Source: Dudresnaya verticillata (Eukaryota). Taken from it: a stretch of DNA of 64,000 nucleotides. The translations under genes and the position numbers were made by a program. Shown here piece after piece: positions 1-12,595 of this stretch. Within the stretch, counting starts at the first letter, position 1; each line of letters begins with the position of its first letter. The DNA is taken from contig OZ374560.1 of NCBI GenBank assembly GCA_977862235.1, positions 2,666,001 to 2,730,000 of the forward strand, in the 5' to 3' direction. The notes under the pieces were generated by a model that was not told the origin of the DNA, did no database searches, and was given only the letters and a program-made list of their open reading frames with translations.

Positions 1-1668
1 CTTGGTTCAATGTAGTCAGGATCTGCTCGACATGTTCAGAGTGGGATTCCACGTCCTTCGAGTAGATGATCACATCGTCCAAGTAAACGAGGCAGGTCTG
101 CCATTTGAAACCCGAGAGCAGTATATCCAGTGTCCTCTGGAAGGTAGCGGGAGAATTGCTCAGACCAAAAGGCATCCTCTTGTAGCGGAAGGTTCCCCAA
201 TGGCATGTAAACGTGGTTTTGTCCCGATCGCGACCGTTGATGGGGATTTGCCAATACCCCGAGTTGCAATCGAGCGTAGTGAAGACATTTGCTTCGCCGA
301 GTGAATCAATAAACTCATCGATGCGCGGTAACGGGTATGTATCCCGAACGCTTGCAGAATTTAGACGTCGGTAATCGACACAGAATCGTAAGGTACCGTC
401 CTTTTTAGGCACCAATAAAACTGGAGATGCCAGGGAGACTGCGCCGGTTCTATGACTCCAGCTCGTAGCATGCGGTCAACTTCCGCTTGTTCCACTTGGC
501 GTTGCTTCGGTCCAGCCCGATAGGGTGGACACGAGAACGGCCTCGTACCCGGGATCATATCGATGTAATGTTCCGTAGTGGTGATTTCACCTAGGTACCT
601 CTCCCACATTGTAGAGAATCTACCAAGTAACTGTCGAACATGTTCGGCGTGACGCTCCATCAAGTGGGATAAATCCACGTCGCCCACGGAAGGTGGAGCT
701 TCGTTTTCAGCTTCAAGGGTCTTCGCATGAGCGTCACCTTTGTTTGTCGTATTCGACAGTCTGCCCCGTCGTTGGGACTTTGTTGCGGTATCGTCCGCCA
801 AGTCAACCAACCCAAGCACGTCCGCCAGCCGGATGGGACTGGGCACCACGGCGGTGGGATGCGGGAGGGCGGTCGCGACGACCTGGTTCTTTGGCAGAAC
901 TTGGTCATGCGACGTAAAGTTCGCGACTAGAATGCGGAACGGCCGCTTTGATTCGACATGGGCTATTCCATTTGTCGTGATGATTCCCTGCCGGTGATAC
1001 GGCTTTTCGTAGGGCTGAAGGCAAATCAGCCCCGCGCGTTCTGTGGTTACTGAAACCCACTTTTGAGCTTGGGCGGGGATTACGATTCGTTCTGCGACAC
1101 GTATTTTTGTTGAGGTATGACCTCGTAGTGGCTCATACTCCTGATCGTCAGGTAGAGGTGGCGCCGTGGGCGGTCGTTTCAACGGTTGCAGTGTAATTGG
1201 CACGCGAGTCCTATTGTAGAGTTCGACTTCGCGGCTCCTCGGATAGATGGCTTCTACGAAGCGATCGCAGAAATCACATCCGAGGATGACCGGGGCGGCG
1301 AGTCTCTCGCAGACTATAAAGTCAAGTTTGACAATGCGGTCGCCAAGCCGGACAACCAAGGCGATTACGCCGCATGTTTGCAACGGCCGGTTGTTGGCGT
1401 CGCTGATGGTGGGGATGTCCCCTTCTCGAATGCGGGATTCCGCTTGGGGTGGTAGTTCAGATTTCCTGATAAAGTTGGGACCGGCACCGGTATCTAGCAC
1501 AGTGCGTTTACGCGATAGGTAGCTTGGGTGTAGACCCGTATCTGCGTATACTTTAAAGTTGCGCTTTGTCGATATCAGCAATTCGCCACGAATGTGCGGG
1601 GGACGGTACCGGTGCCAGAACCTGCGTAACCCCGCCGTCGGAGGTGCGGCAGAGGTCCTTCTAGCCAT
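1..1668 (-). pseudogene. pol: B pol, partial (aspartic protease and start of RT; frameshifted)
   Basis: ORF 361-1668 has LDTGAGPNFI, VILGCDFC and PPYRAGPKQRQ..GVIEPAQSPW. RT continues in a shifted frame to the window edge. Confidence 0.9.
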
Positions 1669-1789
1669 TGCAGGATTCTGCAGTATGATCTTTGGAGTTA
1701 TATCCTCCTACCTGTCGGTTCGTGACCCTTGAACTTCGGTTGGAGATAGTTCCGGCTGAAGTTCCCCAGTCAAAGGGGATGTGACCCGA

Positions 1790-4190
1790 CTAGTTTTCCG
1801 AATTGCGGATGTCCGCTCGTCCGTCGCGTCCATTCGTAGGGGACTGGCCAACGGGCGCGAACGCCTGCGGGTGGCGTTCGCTGGTGTGGGGTACCACGTT
1901 AGATGGTTGCCCCTGGGTCGACCTTGAGGAGTTGCCTCATCGTATTGTGCCTGTGCTTTCGCCTTTATATAGGACGTAGCCGGCATGCACTCGCGGTCAA
2001 CCGCACTAAGTGATTCATAATTGAGGATAATCCTCAGATAGTCCTTCTATGCCAAGAAGCATTCGGGCGGAACATGCCCGGGCTTGTAGCAGATGTGGCA
2101 GATGATTGTCTGCTTGGGACCGAGGTTTCTTTGGGGATTTCCCCTATCTTGCCAGCCCGGCCGAGCGCGTGTCATTCCAGGTGAATACTCCTGGTATGGA
2201 ATGTGTGAGGCCGGGACCTGGCGAGAGCGCATGAGAAACACGTTATCTTCGCTTCCGTAGGATCCTACGTGCGAGTCGGTAGGTGGGTCGGACGACAGCA
2301 GGGCTGCGTCTGGATACAAAAGATGCACCTCGGCATCCTGCTCGCCCACCTGCCTATGTGTAACTCCACTTCCGTCTCGAAACTCAATAAAGGATTCGGC
2401 CATCATAGCGGAATTTCCGCGTCCTGGACGACGTCCTCCTGAAGTTGCGGTACGGCCAGCAAGTTGATCTTGACCAGCGCGTGGTGCTCGACTTCTTTCA
2501 CGGTGAGCTTCACCTTCATCTTGTGCGTAAATTCACTAGTCGTTCAAACGACGATTCCTGACGAGGCGTTTCCTCTCGATACCTGGCGACCAGCGAGCGG
2601 ATGCTCGGATCGAAGCCGTCGATGAAGTACGTCATCTTCTCCCAGGCCTTGTGGACATTGCCACACCGGTTACACGCTTTCGAGACTCGCATCCCGAAGC
2701 GTGTTTCCGACTCGCCCGCGCTCTGTCGAAGGGCGCGGAGCTCGAGGATTGCCTCTCGTAATGCGCTCGGCGTCGCATAGGTCCGCAGAATGTACTGCAC
2801 AGCTTCCGGCCATGAGGATACGCCTCCATTAGAACGGGACGGAGCGGCCTTGACAGAACGAAATTGAGTAACGGCATTTCCGCGTAGGAAGTAGGGCAGG
2901 GCGATGAACGCATGTGCCTCAGACATGTCGAGAGTGTCGGCCTTGTCGACTAGCCTGGAGAGAAGCTCCAAAATTAACACGGGTCTTCCCCATTAAAGGA
3001 ACAGTCCTTCATGGTTAACTCCAGTCTTTTGATCTGGTCCTTGATCTTGCCGGTCTGTCGGCTTGTACGGGATTGTTCCGTATTCTGTAGGCGGTAGTGC
3101 CTGTAGGACAGCAATTGGTCATACAAGGGGTTCGTTGGTTTCAGCTCCTTGAGGTGCTTATACCGCGGCCCCTTGCGTCGTATGCCATCATCGCGACGGG
3201 GATTTCCCCAAACGTCTCCATCGGAACGGTCTGAGTCCGAATTGTCGGTAGCCGAACGGGAGGAAGTTCCGTAGCCCTGACGATGGTGACGGTGACTGCG
3301 GGTATTCCGCGTTGAGGTACGATGAAGGTCTTGACGCCGTTCTCCTCGATGCTCGTGACGGTAATCGTCATCATTCGGGTGGTCGGTACACCCGTAAGGG
3401 CAACTGTCCTTGAGATAAGTGTCCCCATGTCGCTCATGATTGTCGAATTCGACTTGCCTTCGGTTTGCGCCGCGGTTGTCGGGAGGCAATAGCGGTTCGC
3501 GCTCATTGAGGCATATGACCTCCAGTCGCTCCAAACGGTCGGCAATCCGCGGTATGCGGTCATAGAGCGGAAGTTCCGCGGGTAAGCTTGGGGGACTCGG
3601 GCGGGGGCCCCTTCCGGGAGGAGCCCCGTATGTCTCGAGGAGGCGGTTGACGTCTCCTCGAAGAGTGGGGACCTCGACGGCGAGGTCCGCATGGTTATGT
3701 GGAGGATTCTCCAGCGCGAGGTCGACCCGAGCGCCGACCTCGTGGATGCGTTGGCTGACCAAAGCCAGGATGTCCGTTATCTGAAGCGACAGCCCGGCGG
3801 CAAAAGACTGGTCTTCCATGATGCACACCTCTTGAATCGCACTTCGGGGAATAGTAGTCCCGTGTATGAAGGCAACGCGAGGGGCTTCCTCTTGGACTGT
3901 GGGTGGCTCCACCGGCGGCGGAAGTGATGCCCAAATCGGCCGTGGTGGATTGGGCTGCGGCGACGGAGGTGCCGGCTGCTGGCCTTGGTCTTGGTCAGTC
4001 GGGAGAGTCCCAGCTGGGCCAGGAGATACGATCTCCACCGAGGGAGAATGCGAGGATCCCCCTCATTGGGTATTGCCGAAAAGGCGGCTTGGACCGCAGG
4101 ACTTGCCTGCGAACGTGCACGCGTCACCATATTGGCAGCGGTCTGCGTTGGTACAGACCTTGCCGATGACGGCTGTCGACGGGTGGGCAT
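1790..4190 (-). pseudogene. gag: B gag (fragmented)
   Basis: ORFs 2974-4038, 2516-2980 and 2047-2406 are homologous to D gag (YRHYRLQ, WPEAVQYILRTYA). Zinc knuckle CHICYKPGHVPPEC; probable stop in GAAAACTAG at about 1790. Confidence 0.85.
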
Positions 4191-4253
4191 GGCAGATAAC
4201 TGCAGCGTAGAAGGTATGAACTAGAAGAACGGTAGTTCCGTAACGTAGGCAAC

Positions 4254-4898
4254 TGTAGTAGTATGGCCCGTCAAGGCAGAAACCCGCCAACCGGCAAGGA
4301 CAGCTGTCCTGACGGTGCACAACACACTAGCTTAGGCAGCTCGGGAAAAGGGGTTGGTAGAGTCTTTGAAAGGCACAGAGCCTAAGGGAAAAGGGGGAAA
4401 AGGGGCGGCGCCACCCAGCTCGCACAGAGCAACCGTCGTGTGGAGGCAAGGCTGATAAAGCACCTGAAAGGGAGGTTACGGTGAGTCCGTGAATTCCAGA
4501 AAAAGGGTAAAGACCCGAAACCCACCGTGGGTTCTATTCAGGAGGCCCCTGCTACTCAGGGGCCTATTAAGTATACAGAGCCGAAAATGCTCCTACCTCC
4601 TATGAGCTATTCTAAGCGATTCTAACTGTCATTATTAATCTAATTGTACTGTTGTCAGTTATAAATACGGATGAGTTGTAGTACCGCGTCGGGACGCGTG
4701 AGCGGCCACAATAAATTACCCAATGGTAATTTGCCATCAATTTTGGTGCCAGCAGGGACGCCAGCGAGGCGCATCGCCCTTACAGCGCACGGTGCTTATG
4801 CGCGCCTTACAGCTTGATGCGCGTGGGCGTCTTACACCTTGATGCGCACAAATGACTTACAGTGCGCCAGCACTCCTGCTGCGGCTCATTCTTCCACA
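4254..4898 (-). repeat. A 3' LTR
   Basis: Direct repeat of 15727-16371; about 9 differences in 645 bp by eye. Confidence 0.97.
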
Positions 4899-4990
4899 CG
4901 GCCCCCTCGTTAAGGCTGAGAGACCCACGAAGCCAGCAAGGCTGTTTCTATTGGCCCCGTCTTGGGCGAGCTTGAAATCCCAGTGGGGTA

Positions 4991-6606
4991 TTGGGCCAAC
5001 GGCTCACTTGTAACCGCCGCCTCGGCTTGGAGATGATGGATGCCAACGCAGACGATAGCGTCTTATGTTCCATCTTTCGCCATGAGTGGATCGTGCTAGT
5101 GACGCAAGTATTCGTCTACGAAGCCCGTCGGGGCTTTTTATACTTCATCAGCGCCCAGCTTCGTGGGGCCATCCGTTCTATAGGCGCTGCTGCCTTCACC
5201 GCCAACTCGGCCGACGCCTCAGACTTGGACCAACTCTTGGTCTTTGTTGAGCGTATTCGCTGGAGCGGCGTTTCGAAACGAAATGGGCATCTGCGTGAGA
5301 ACACCGTCCACCTGACGCCGGTGTACGACCGCGGCGATTGGGTTGACTTCGACGCCGTCAAGTGGCACCCAGTCCTTCCGGACTATTTGATGGCTCCGTT
5401 ACCCACAGAGGGTAAACCCATCCAGCTGGATGAGGGCGAGCGTCGCACTGGTTACACCAAGGGTTGGGTGAGTGTGCGTTGGCGCGATGAAGGGCCTAAG
5501 CACCCTGCTGAGGTGCCCCCCTTCGACGACACTGTCGATGGGGAGCCGCAGGGTCCATACGCTCCAGTGCTGACACACCATCACCGGGCTGATGCCGAGA
5601 TCCGTGATCTATTTGGCCGCCGTGGGCTGGCTATCCGTCTTGCTGCCCATTGGGGCATCTACTCCCTCAACCTTAACAGTCTAGCTGACTGGGTGGAGGA
5701 CGCGCTAGCCGAGTATGAGGCTCATTGGATTGGAACTCCAGGTCCGGTTGACCGCCTTTTGACTCACCTGAATAAGTTGCCCCCGCTGGGCGGAATCAAG
5801 GCTGAAAGTGAGCCTGGAGTGGAAGTCAAGAAAGAGCCTGGCTCTAAGTTTCGCCGCGGCATCGGCTACGGTAAACCGGGTTCTTCAGTCCAAGGCTCTT
5901 TAGCGCTCCTTCCGATTATCGACGCGAGGGAAGCCACCACGGCTGATGTGTCAAAGGTCCCGCGTGAGGAGCGCCTTGCCACGGCTGGTGCCAGCGCGTC
6001 CAACATCGCTCCGCGAGTCACGGCGCCTCCTTCCCAGCCATCGGCTTCTCGAGTTGGAGTCCCACTTCGCTCCGTGGTTCCACGCCAGATTTCTACCGTT
6101 AGCGGCGCGCCCGCTGGGATTAACCCCCAGTCGGAGTCAGCCTCGGCTAACCGCCCCACTGCCGAGGTGGCTGTTGGGGCCCCCTCAGGGCCGCCCCCTT
6201 CGGCTGCATCTGGCACAGCACCTGCCTCACTCCAGACGCCTGCTAAGTCTTTGACTGGTGATTCCCCCAAGTGGAGGAGAGGGCATCTACGCCTCTGGCT
6301 CCCGGTCAAACCGATGAGGCTTTGCAGCCTACCGACGAAGTGCTCGTGAAAACTGAGTTGGTGCTCAAGGAAGAGGAGGAGTTGGCTCCTGTGGAGGGCG
6401 ATGTCGCGCCGATGGATGTGGACCCGACGACAGCCAACGAGGCTCAAGGAACGACAATGGAGGGTACTCGCCGGGGCCGTGGACCGTGTCGTGGCCAGGG
6501 TCGGCGGATCATCCGCGAGGTGCGGCGCATCGTGACGACGCGGGCGCCTTCTGCACCTAACCCGCCCCTTGGCGATGACGAGGTCATTGACCTCCTTTCG
6601 GATTAG
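4991..6606 (+). pseudogene. A antisense accessory gene (5'-truncated, one frameshift near 6280); unknown protein family
   Basis: ORFs 4991-6349 and 6271-6606 are clearly homologous to C 18557-20080 (LLVFVERIRW vs LLLFVERIVW; PAEVP; GPYAP; RRGLAIRL; SLADWVE; RRIIREVR; EVIDL). AATAAA at 6695-6700. Confidence 0.85.
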
Positions 6607-7666
6607 CCGAGTCGAGCCCTCGTCTTGAGGCATGCCTCGAGACATCGAGCCTGATAGGGACTAGAAGCCCACTCCAGCGGCTTAACCGCTTAGCAATAAA
6701 CTTCGTCTTGTATGCGTAACCCACTGCTTTAGTAGGCTTCGAGCCTTCCCATCCTGTGCCACTTTTCTTCCTAGTGAGACAGTGGTGCCTTTGCTTGTTC
6801 AAGCACTGTTGGACAACCTATTATTGGTTGACCAATACGCCTCTCTAGCGTCTGTCGCTGCCTGAGAGCGTGCCCGCAATGTCCACAGTAGCTCTACAGT
6901 TCAATGCGACGCACTGTAGCGTATTTTGGCGCGAAAGCCGTTATGGCTGTTAATTGGTCACATCACTCCGCCACCTTGCTGTAGCCTTTCTAGCAACTTA
7001 CGGACTGTGCCCATCGCCACAGGCAAGAAGTATTAGTCAGCGGCCTCGGCTTCTTCGTCTTCGCGCGTGGCTTCCAGAATTCTCAGCGTCAATACGCTTG
7101 GCGCTTTCTCCTCCCCTATCAATGGGGTCTTACGCGGTTCCAAAGGTCCTCCCCAGCAGATGGGGGAGTCGGAGTATCAAGACTCACCAGTCTAGGATGG
7201 GGCGTATTTGTGCCTTACACCCTCACTGGGTTTGACGCGAACGCCCTTTTTGTGGGAGGTAGTTGGATCAACCTCGGGCTAATGTCCCCTCCATATTGTA
7301 GCGTATCGCTTTTGGGCAGTCCAGCCGCCCTCAAGCGTCATAGTGCTGGTAGTTATAATTGCAATAAATTATCAGTTGCCCATCGCCGCTGTTCCTTGCC
7401 CGCACCTAGGGGAGAGTGGTCGCCATAGCTTTTGCCTTTTCAGGATTGAGTCCTTGGGGTAGCCATGTTCCGGCCACTCTGCCTAACAATAGCCTCTGTG
7501 CTCGAGGTTGGCCTCAACCTGAATCTGGCCTTGAACCAGGTTGATAACCTTATGCATAGCGTTAGTCGCTGTACACAGGTGCGCCTCTAACGTAGGATCA
7601 ACTCCTAGCTCTGAAGCGCCCGCTCGCTCTGGCAGAACTCATCTTGCAGAGTTCACCTCTTGATTA

Positions 7667-7797
7667 CATCTATCCATTTCCATTCTTCCATCCAGGATCC
7701 AATCCTTCTAACATCTATCCATGATATACATCTATCCAGAGTCTTGACTCTTCTTTCATCTATCCATTTCCACATCTATCCAGAGTCTTGACCCTTC
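7667..7797. repeat. Five CATCTATCCA copies in the A spacer between the pol end and the antisense-gene end
   Basis: Copies at 7667, 7712, 7729, 7757 and 7773; two extend to ACATCTATCCAGAGTCTTGAC. Confidence 0.85.
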
Positions 7798-8074
7798 TGT
7801 AGCCATCGACATTGGTTCATCTGCTTGAGAGGCTAACCCCTACTTCCGGGTTCGGTAATCGGCGAATGCAGTCCTTAGCTCATAGGCTGCGTTCGTATTT
7901 GCGCGGGGACGTCGGCTTCGGAATCTAGAACCAAGTTCTACCTCAACGCATATGAGGTGAGTCTAGCAGTCGGGAGATCCGACTCCAAACAGCCCAACTG
8001 CTGTTTTGGTTTGGTGCGCCCGCTTGAGACCACTCATAGGCCCGGTGCCTTACTCAACGCGCGGGCTCGCCTCG

Positions 8075-11000
8075 CTAATTATCAGGGAAAGGTATCCCTT
8101 TTTGGCGGTGACACCTTGCAACTAAATTTTGAGGGAGATGCCCTTTGGGTTCCCATGTGTCCTTTGAGGCCGGGCTCTGGAACCACCGCACACGATAGAG
8201 GTGTGTATCGGGGTCATAGGAAACGATCCTTTCGTACACGTGTTCGCGTCGTGGTGCCTTCTTGAAGCGCGAGAAATTGCGGCTTGACGTCCCTTCAGCC
8301 ACTGTCGACGGAGGTGATGACGAGTCCACACCCTCATCTCTAGGAGCATTCTCCTGTCGTTGGGGGACAACAGGCGCAGTATGGGCGCCGCTAGGTTGCG
8401 CATCCCCATCTGTGTCAGCCATTGTCTCGCCTTCAGCACCAGGTGCTTCGGGAGGTGCCGGTTCATTACCGCTTGATGCGGTGTTCATCGGGGCCCAGTG
8501 CCGTTTGTGTTGGGCCCGTAGGTTGGCCCAGTTGGGATACTCGAAGGTGCTGCACCTGTTTCCGGTGGCATTTCCACTACCGAGGGAGTCATGTCTAGTT
8601 CCAGCGGCGCTGCGTGTGGCGATGGAGCCAAAGTGACTCGGTCTAAAGAGATTGTTTCTCTGTCGCCCTTGATGTCGAGAAACACCACATGGGTTACTCT
8701 CTCGAGGACCTTATATGGCCCAAGGGCTTTCGGGAACAGTTTCCCTTCCCTCGCCACGCCTGAAGCGTCCTTCACTTTGGTTTCCCGTTCGAGGAATACC
8801 CACGAACCAGGACGTACCCTTTGGTTAGCCGATCGAATGCGGCTATTAAAGTTGGTTTCTTAGCGCTTTTGCGCTAGTTGCATCCTCGGCTGAGCCGTAT
8901 CCATGAGCTTTTCCAGCCGAGCGGTTAGGCGCTTCTTGACGTTCGTAGCGGGTATCCCGTCAAGGTCGACCGTTTCCGCTTGTTCCAGTAGTAGGGAAGT
9001 CGGTGGATTTGACAAAATCAAGTCAAAAGGGGCTAACGCTGTAGCGCGATGCACTGTCGTATTGTAAGCGTACGTGAGCGCTGAGGTGAACTCGTCCCAG
9101 TCCCTCTGGTCTTCCGCTATGAAGTGGCGAAGGCCCGCTAGGATGGTGCGGTTGAACCTCTCGGTTTGCCCATTAGTTTGGGGATGGTATGTCGACGTGA
9201 ACATATTCCGAATCCGTAGGATATCGCACTCGGCGAGAAAGAACTTAGAGGCAAATTGAGACCCATTGTCTGAAAGGACGTAACGGGGCGGTCCATATAT
9301 AAAGACCCAATGGTCAAAAACGCCTTCGCAACTGTATAGGCGGTTACCGTTTTCATCGGTATGGCTCGCGTCAGCTTTGAGAAGCGGTCCGTCATAACCA
9401 ACAGGAACTCGTTTCCTTTCCCAGAGCGGGGTAACGGGCCCAGGATATCGATTTCTACGAACTCTAACGGCATGGTTGCCGGGAAGAGTTTTATATGCGA
9501 AGCATGTTTTCGCAACTTCACCCGCTCTTGTGCGCATTTGACACAATTACGCACGGTGGCGTATACATCCAATGCCATCTCTGGCCAATATACCTGTCTT
9601 CGCAGGTTACGATACATCCGGGTTCCATCTGGGTGTCCCGCCATCTCGGGGTAGTGGGCTAGGTGTAACGCCCTTTCCTTAAGAGAACGAGGTATGAGAA
9701 CCTGTATCGCCTTGTCGATATACGACTTCCGGACTAGGAGTCCTCGTTCGTCCTCGAGATAGCAACCAGGCTTCCCGGCCTCGAGGTTCCTTCGGACCCA
9801 GATACAGAATTCATCTGTCTTCTGCTCACGGAGCAACTCTTCTGTGGTGATGAGGGATAGTCCCTTTTGTCCAGATTCCTTCTCGGCCACTTGGGTGATG
9901 AACACTTCGTCATCCGAATCGGACTCATCGACGGGTTCGATTTCCCATACTTCCAACGGTCGCGTGTTGGGCTCCGGTCGCGACCTTTCGCAAGGTTCGT
10001 CCCTCGGATCAGTCTCGAGGACTAGACACGGTATTTCCAAGTCCGGTTCCCATGGCGTGAAGGCATACGTGGGCAGCCGAGATACGGCATCAGCAATCTG
10101 ATTCTTTTTGCCTTTTCGGTACTGGACCGTGAAGTCGTATTCCAGGAGGCGTAATCTCCAACGGGCCAACCGTCCAGAAGCATCTGTCATGCTCATTCTC
10201 CATTTCAGCGCTTGATGGTCTGTATACAGGTCAAAGTGGGACCTTTCTAGATATGGTCTGAGCAATTGTGCCGCCCAGACCACTGCGAGGCACTCCTTTT
10301 CGCCTACAGAATAATTCTTCTCTGCCTTCGTCAGTCCTTGGATCCAGAAGCCTATCGGGTGTCGAGTCCCGTCTTCTTCGGCTTGCATCAGCGCGCAACC
10401 AATTTGGTAGTCGCACGCGTCGGTATCCACCGATAGGGCCTTACCCTCTTGTGGCAACCTAAGAATAGGAGGCGCTATTAGCGCTGTCTTCAGCAAGCCG
10501 AACGCCTCGCGCTGACGTTCATTGAACTGTGGCAGTTCAAAGCCCACTTCCTTCCGAAGGAGGGCGTTGAGCGGAGCTGCCACGCGAGCGAAGTTAGGCA
10601 CGAATCGCCTGTAGACGTTGCATAGACCGATGAAAGACCGCAACTGGGTCTGCGTGGTCGGCTCCTTGAAGCCTTCGATGGCTTGCGTATTCTTAGTCGC
10701 CACTTCTAATAAACCCGGACGGATGACGTGCCCTAAGTAGTCGACACTCTTTGTGAAGAAGTTACACTTCTTGGGTTTCAAGGAGACCCCTGCTTCTTGT
10801 AATACAGAGAGAATCTCTCTTACGTGCGTGACATGCTCGTCGACAGTCGCAGAGAATACGATAATATCGTCGAGGTATATGAGGCAAGATTTCCATCGAA
10901 ATCCTGATAAGAGGATGTCAACCGTTCGCTGAAAGGTCGCCGGAGCGTTGCATAGCCCAAAGGGCATCCTGCAGAATTGGAAGCAGCCCGCGTGGCATGT

Positions 11001-12424
11001 AAAAGCAGTCTTATGCTTATCCTCCGGTGAAACCGGAATCTGCCAGTAGCCTGAGTTGCAATCCAAGGTCGTGAAATATTGGGCTTCGCCCAAAGAGTCC
11101 AGACACTCGTCCATGCGTGGCAGAGGATATGTATCCTTCACTGTTATCGCGTTAAGCTTGCGATAGTCAACGCAAAAGCGAAGTGACCCGTCGGGCTTCC
11201 TAACCAAGACGACGGGGCTCGCAAACTCAGAGCGTGCAGGCTCTATAACGCCTTCTTTGAGCATTGTGTCAACCTCATCCTGTTCTGCTTGACAGGCTTT
11301 AGGGCCCGACCGATAAGGTTGCGTAAACACAGTTTTCGAACCTTCTTGAAGCTCAATACGGTGATCGGTCACCTTGATGGTGCCGTGTTGTCCGTCCCAC
11401 ATACTGGCGAACGGTTTAAGCATTTTGCGCACGCGGCGCCGATACGAAGTGGACAGGTGTTCCAGCGCGAGGTCATCGACCGTAATAGCGGTTGTCGCTG
11501 ATGTCGCGAATTTGATTCCAGGCTTAGCGTCTATATCCGTCTTCAGAGCAGCAGCAAGCCCCGCCCCGCCACATCGGAAAATGTTTCGGACGAGGGAAGC
11601 GTGTCACTGTCAGGAACATTATCCTCGATGGAGGCAGTGTAGACCGGCGTCTTCGTGGGCACCGGTACAGCCTTTCCAAGGCTTTGATTCTTGGAAAGCC
11701 GTTGAGGACGCGAAGAAACGTTCGCGTCCTTGACGTGAAAGAGCCGGTTCTCTTGAATGTTGACGATTCCATTCGTCAACAGGACTTGTCGGCGCTCGTA
11801 TAAGCGGGGTAGGGATTCCAGGAAATGTGTTCCTTTGGCGGAACAGGTAACGGGAACCCATGACTCACTGCCGGGCAGTAAAGTAGTAGTTTGTGCGACG
11901 CGAAGGAGTCGCGATGTAGGTAACGGGGGAACGTCCATTGGTTCGTCAGACCTGCCCTCACGGGGTATACCGCATCGGCGACGTAGAATTGGGTGTATGG
12001 ACCCGTCGCGAAGAACCATGTTCTGTTGGCGGACGCGTAACCCTTCCACGTGGGTATCGATAAACGTGCAACCCAAGATGGCATCTACTGCTAATGCCCT
12101 TACGACAACAAAAGGTTGCCGAACCGTGTAGGACCCGAGCCTGATTATCAGGGAGACTGTTCCCAGTGTAGTTAGTCGGTGACTTGACGCGGAGGTCAAG
12201 TTCACAATTGACCGCGTTGTAGAAATCCGTTTCTTGTCTTTCGGTGATAGAACATCCGCGCGGATGAGATTAGGGCCTGCCCCTGTATCCAGTACGGAGA
12301 GCACATGAGTAAGATCGTCAACAGAAGTCCCGATGGACGCAGCTACTTTATAATTGTAGCGCGACAAGGAGCAAACGGGATCCTTACAATACTCGTGATA
12401 CTTCCGTCCGGGGGGTAAGCCCAC
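8075..12424 (-). pseudogene. pol: A pol: PR-RT-RNaseH-integrase-chromodomain (several frameshifts)
   Basis: LDTGAGPN (ORF 11543-12424); RT YLDD, RNaseH DAC, integrase HHCC (9138-11432); DNGSQF/YHPQTNGQTERFN (8860-9546); LGPY (8485-8775); chromodomain YRVRW..DTWEP (8075-8488). Confidence 0.95.
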
Positions 12425-12595
12425 GGGACGCGCTAAGATCTTCTTGGGAAGAGAAGTGACAGATTCACTAACAACCGGTCGATTCGTTGATGAGAAGCTG
12501 TCGAAGCTATAGCTCGAGGAGCTGGATTCAACGCACCGATCGGGGTTCCGGTGTCACCTGGGATATGTGGTGTACCGAAACCGGTTCCCCCCTCG

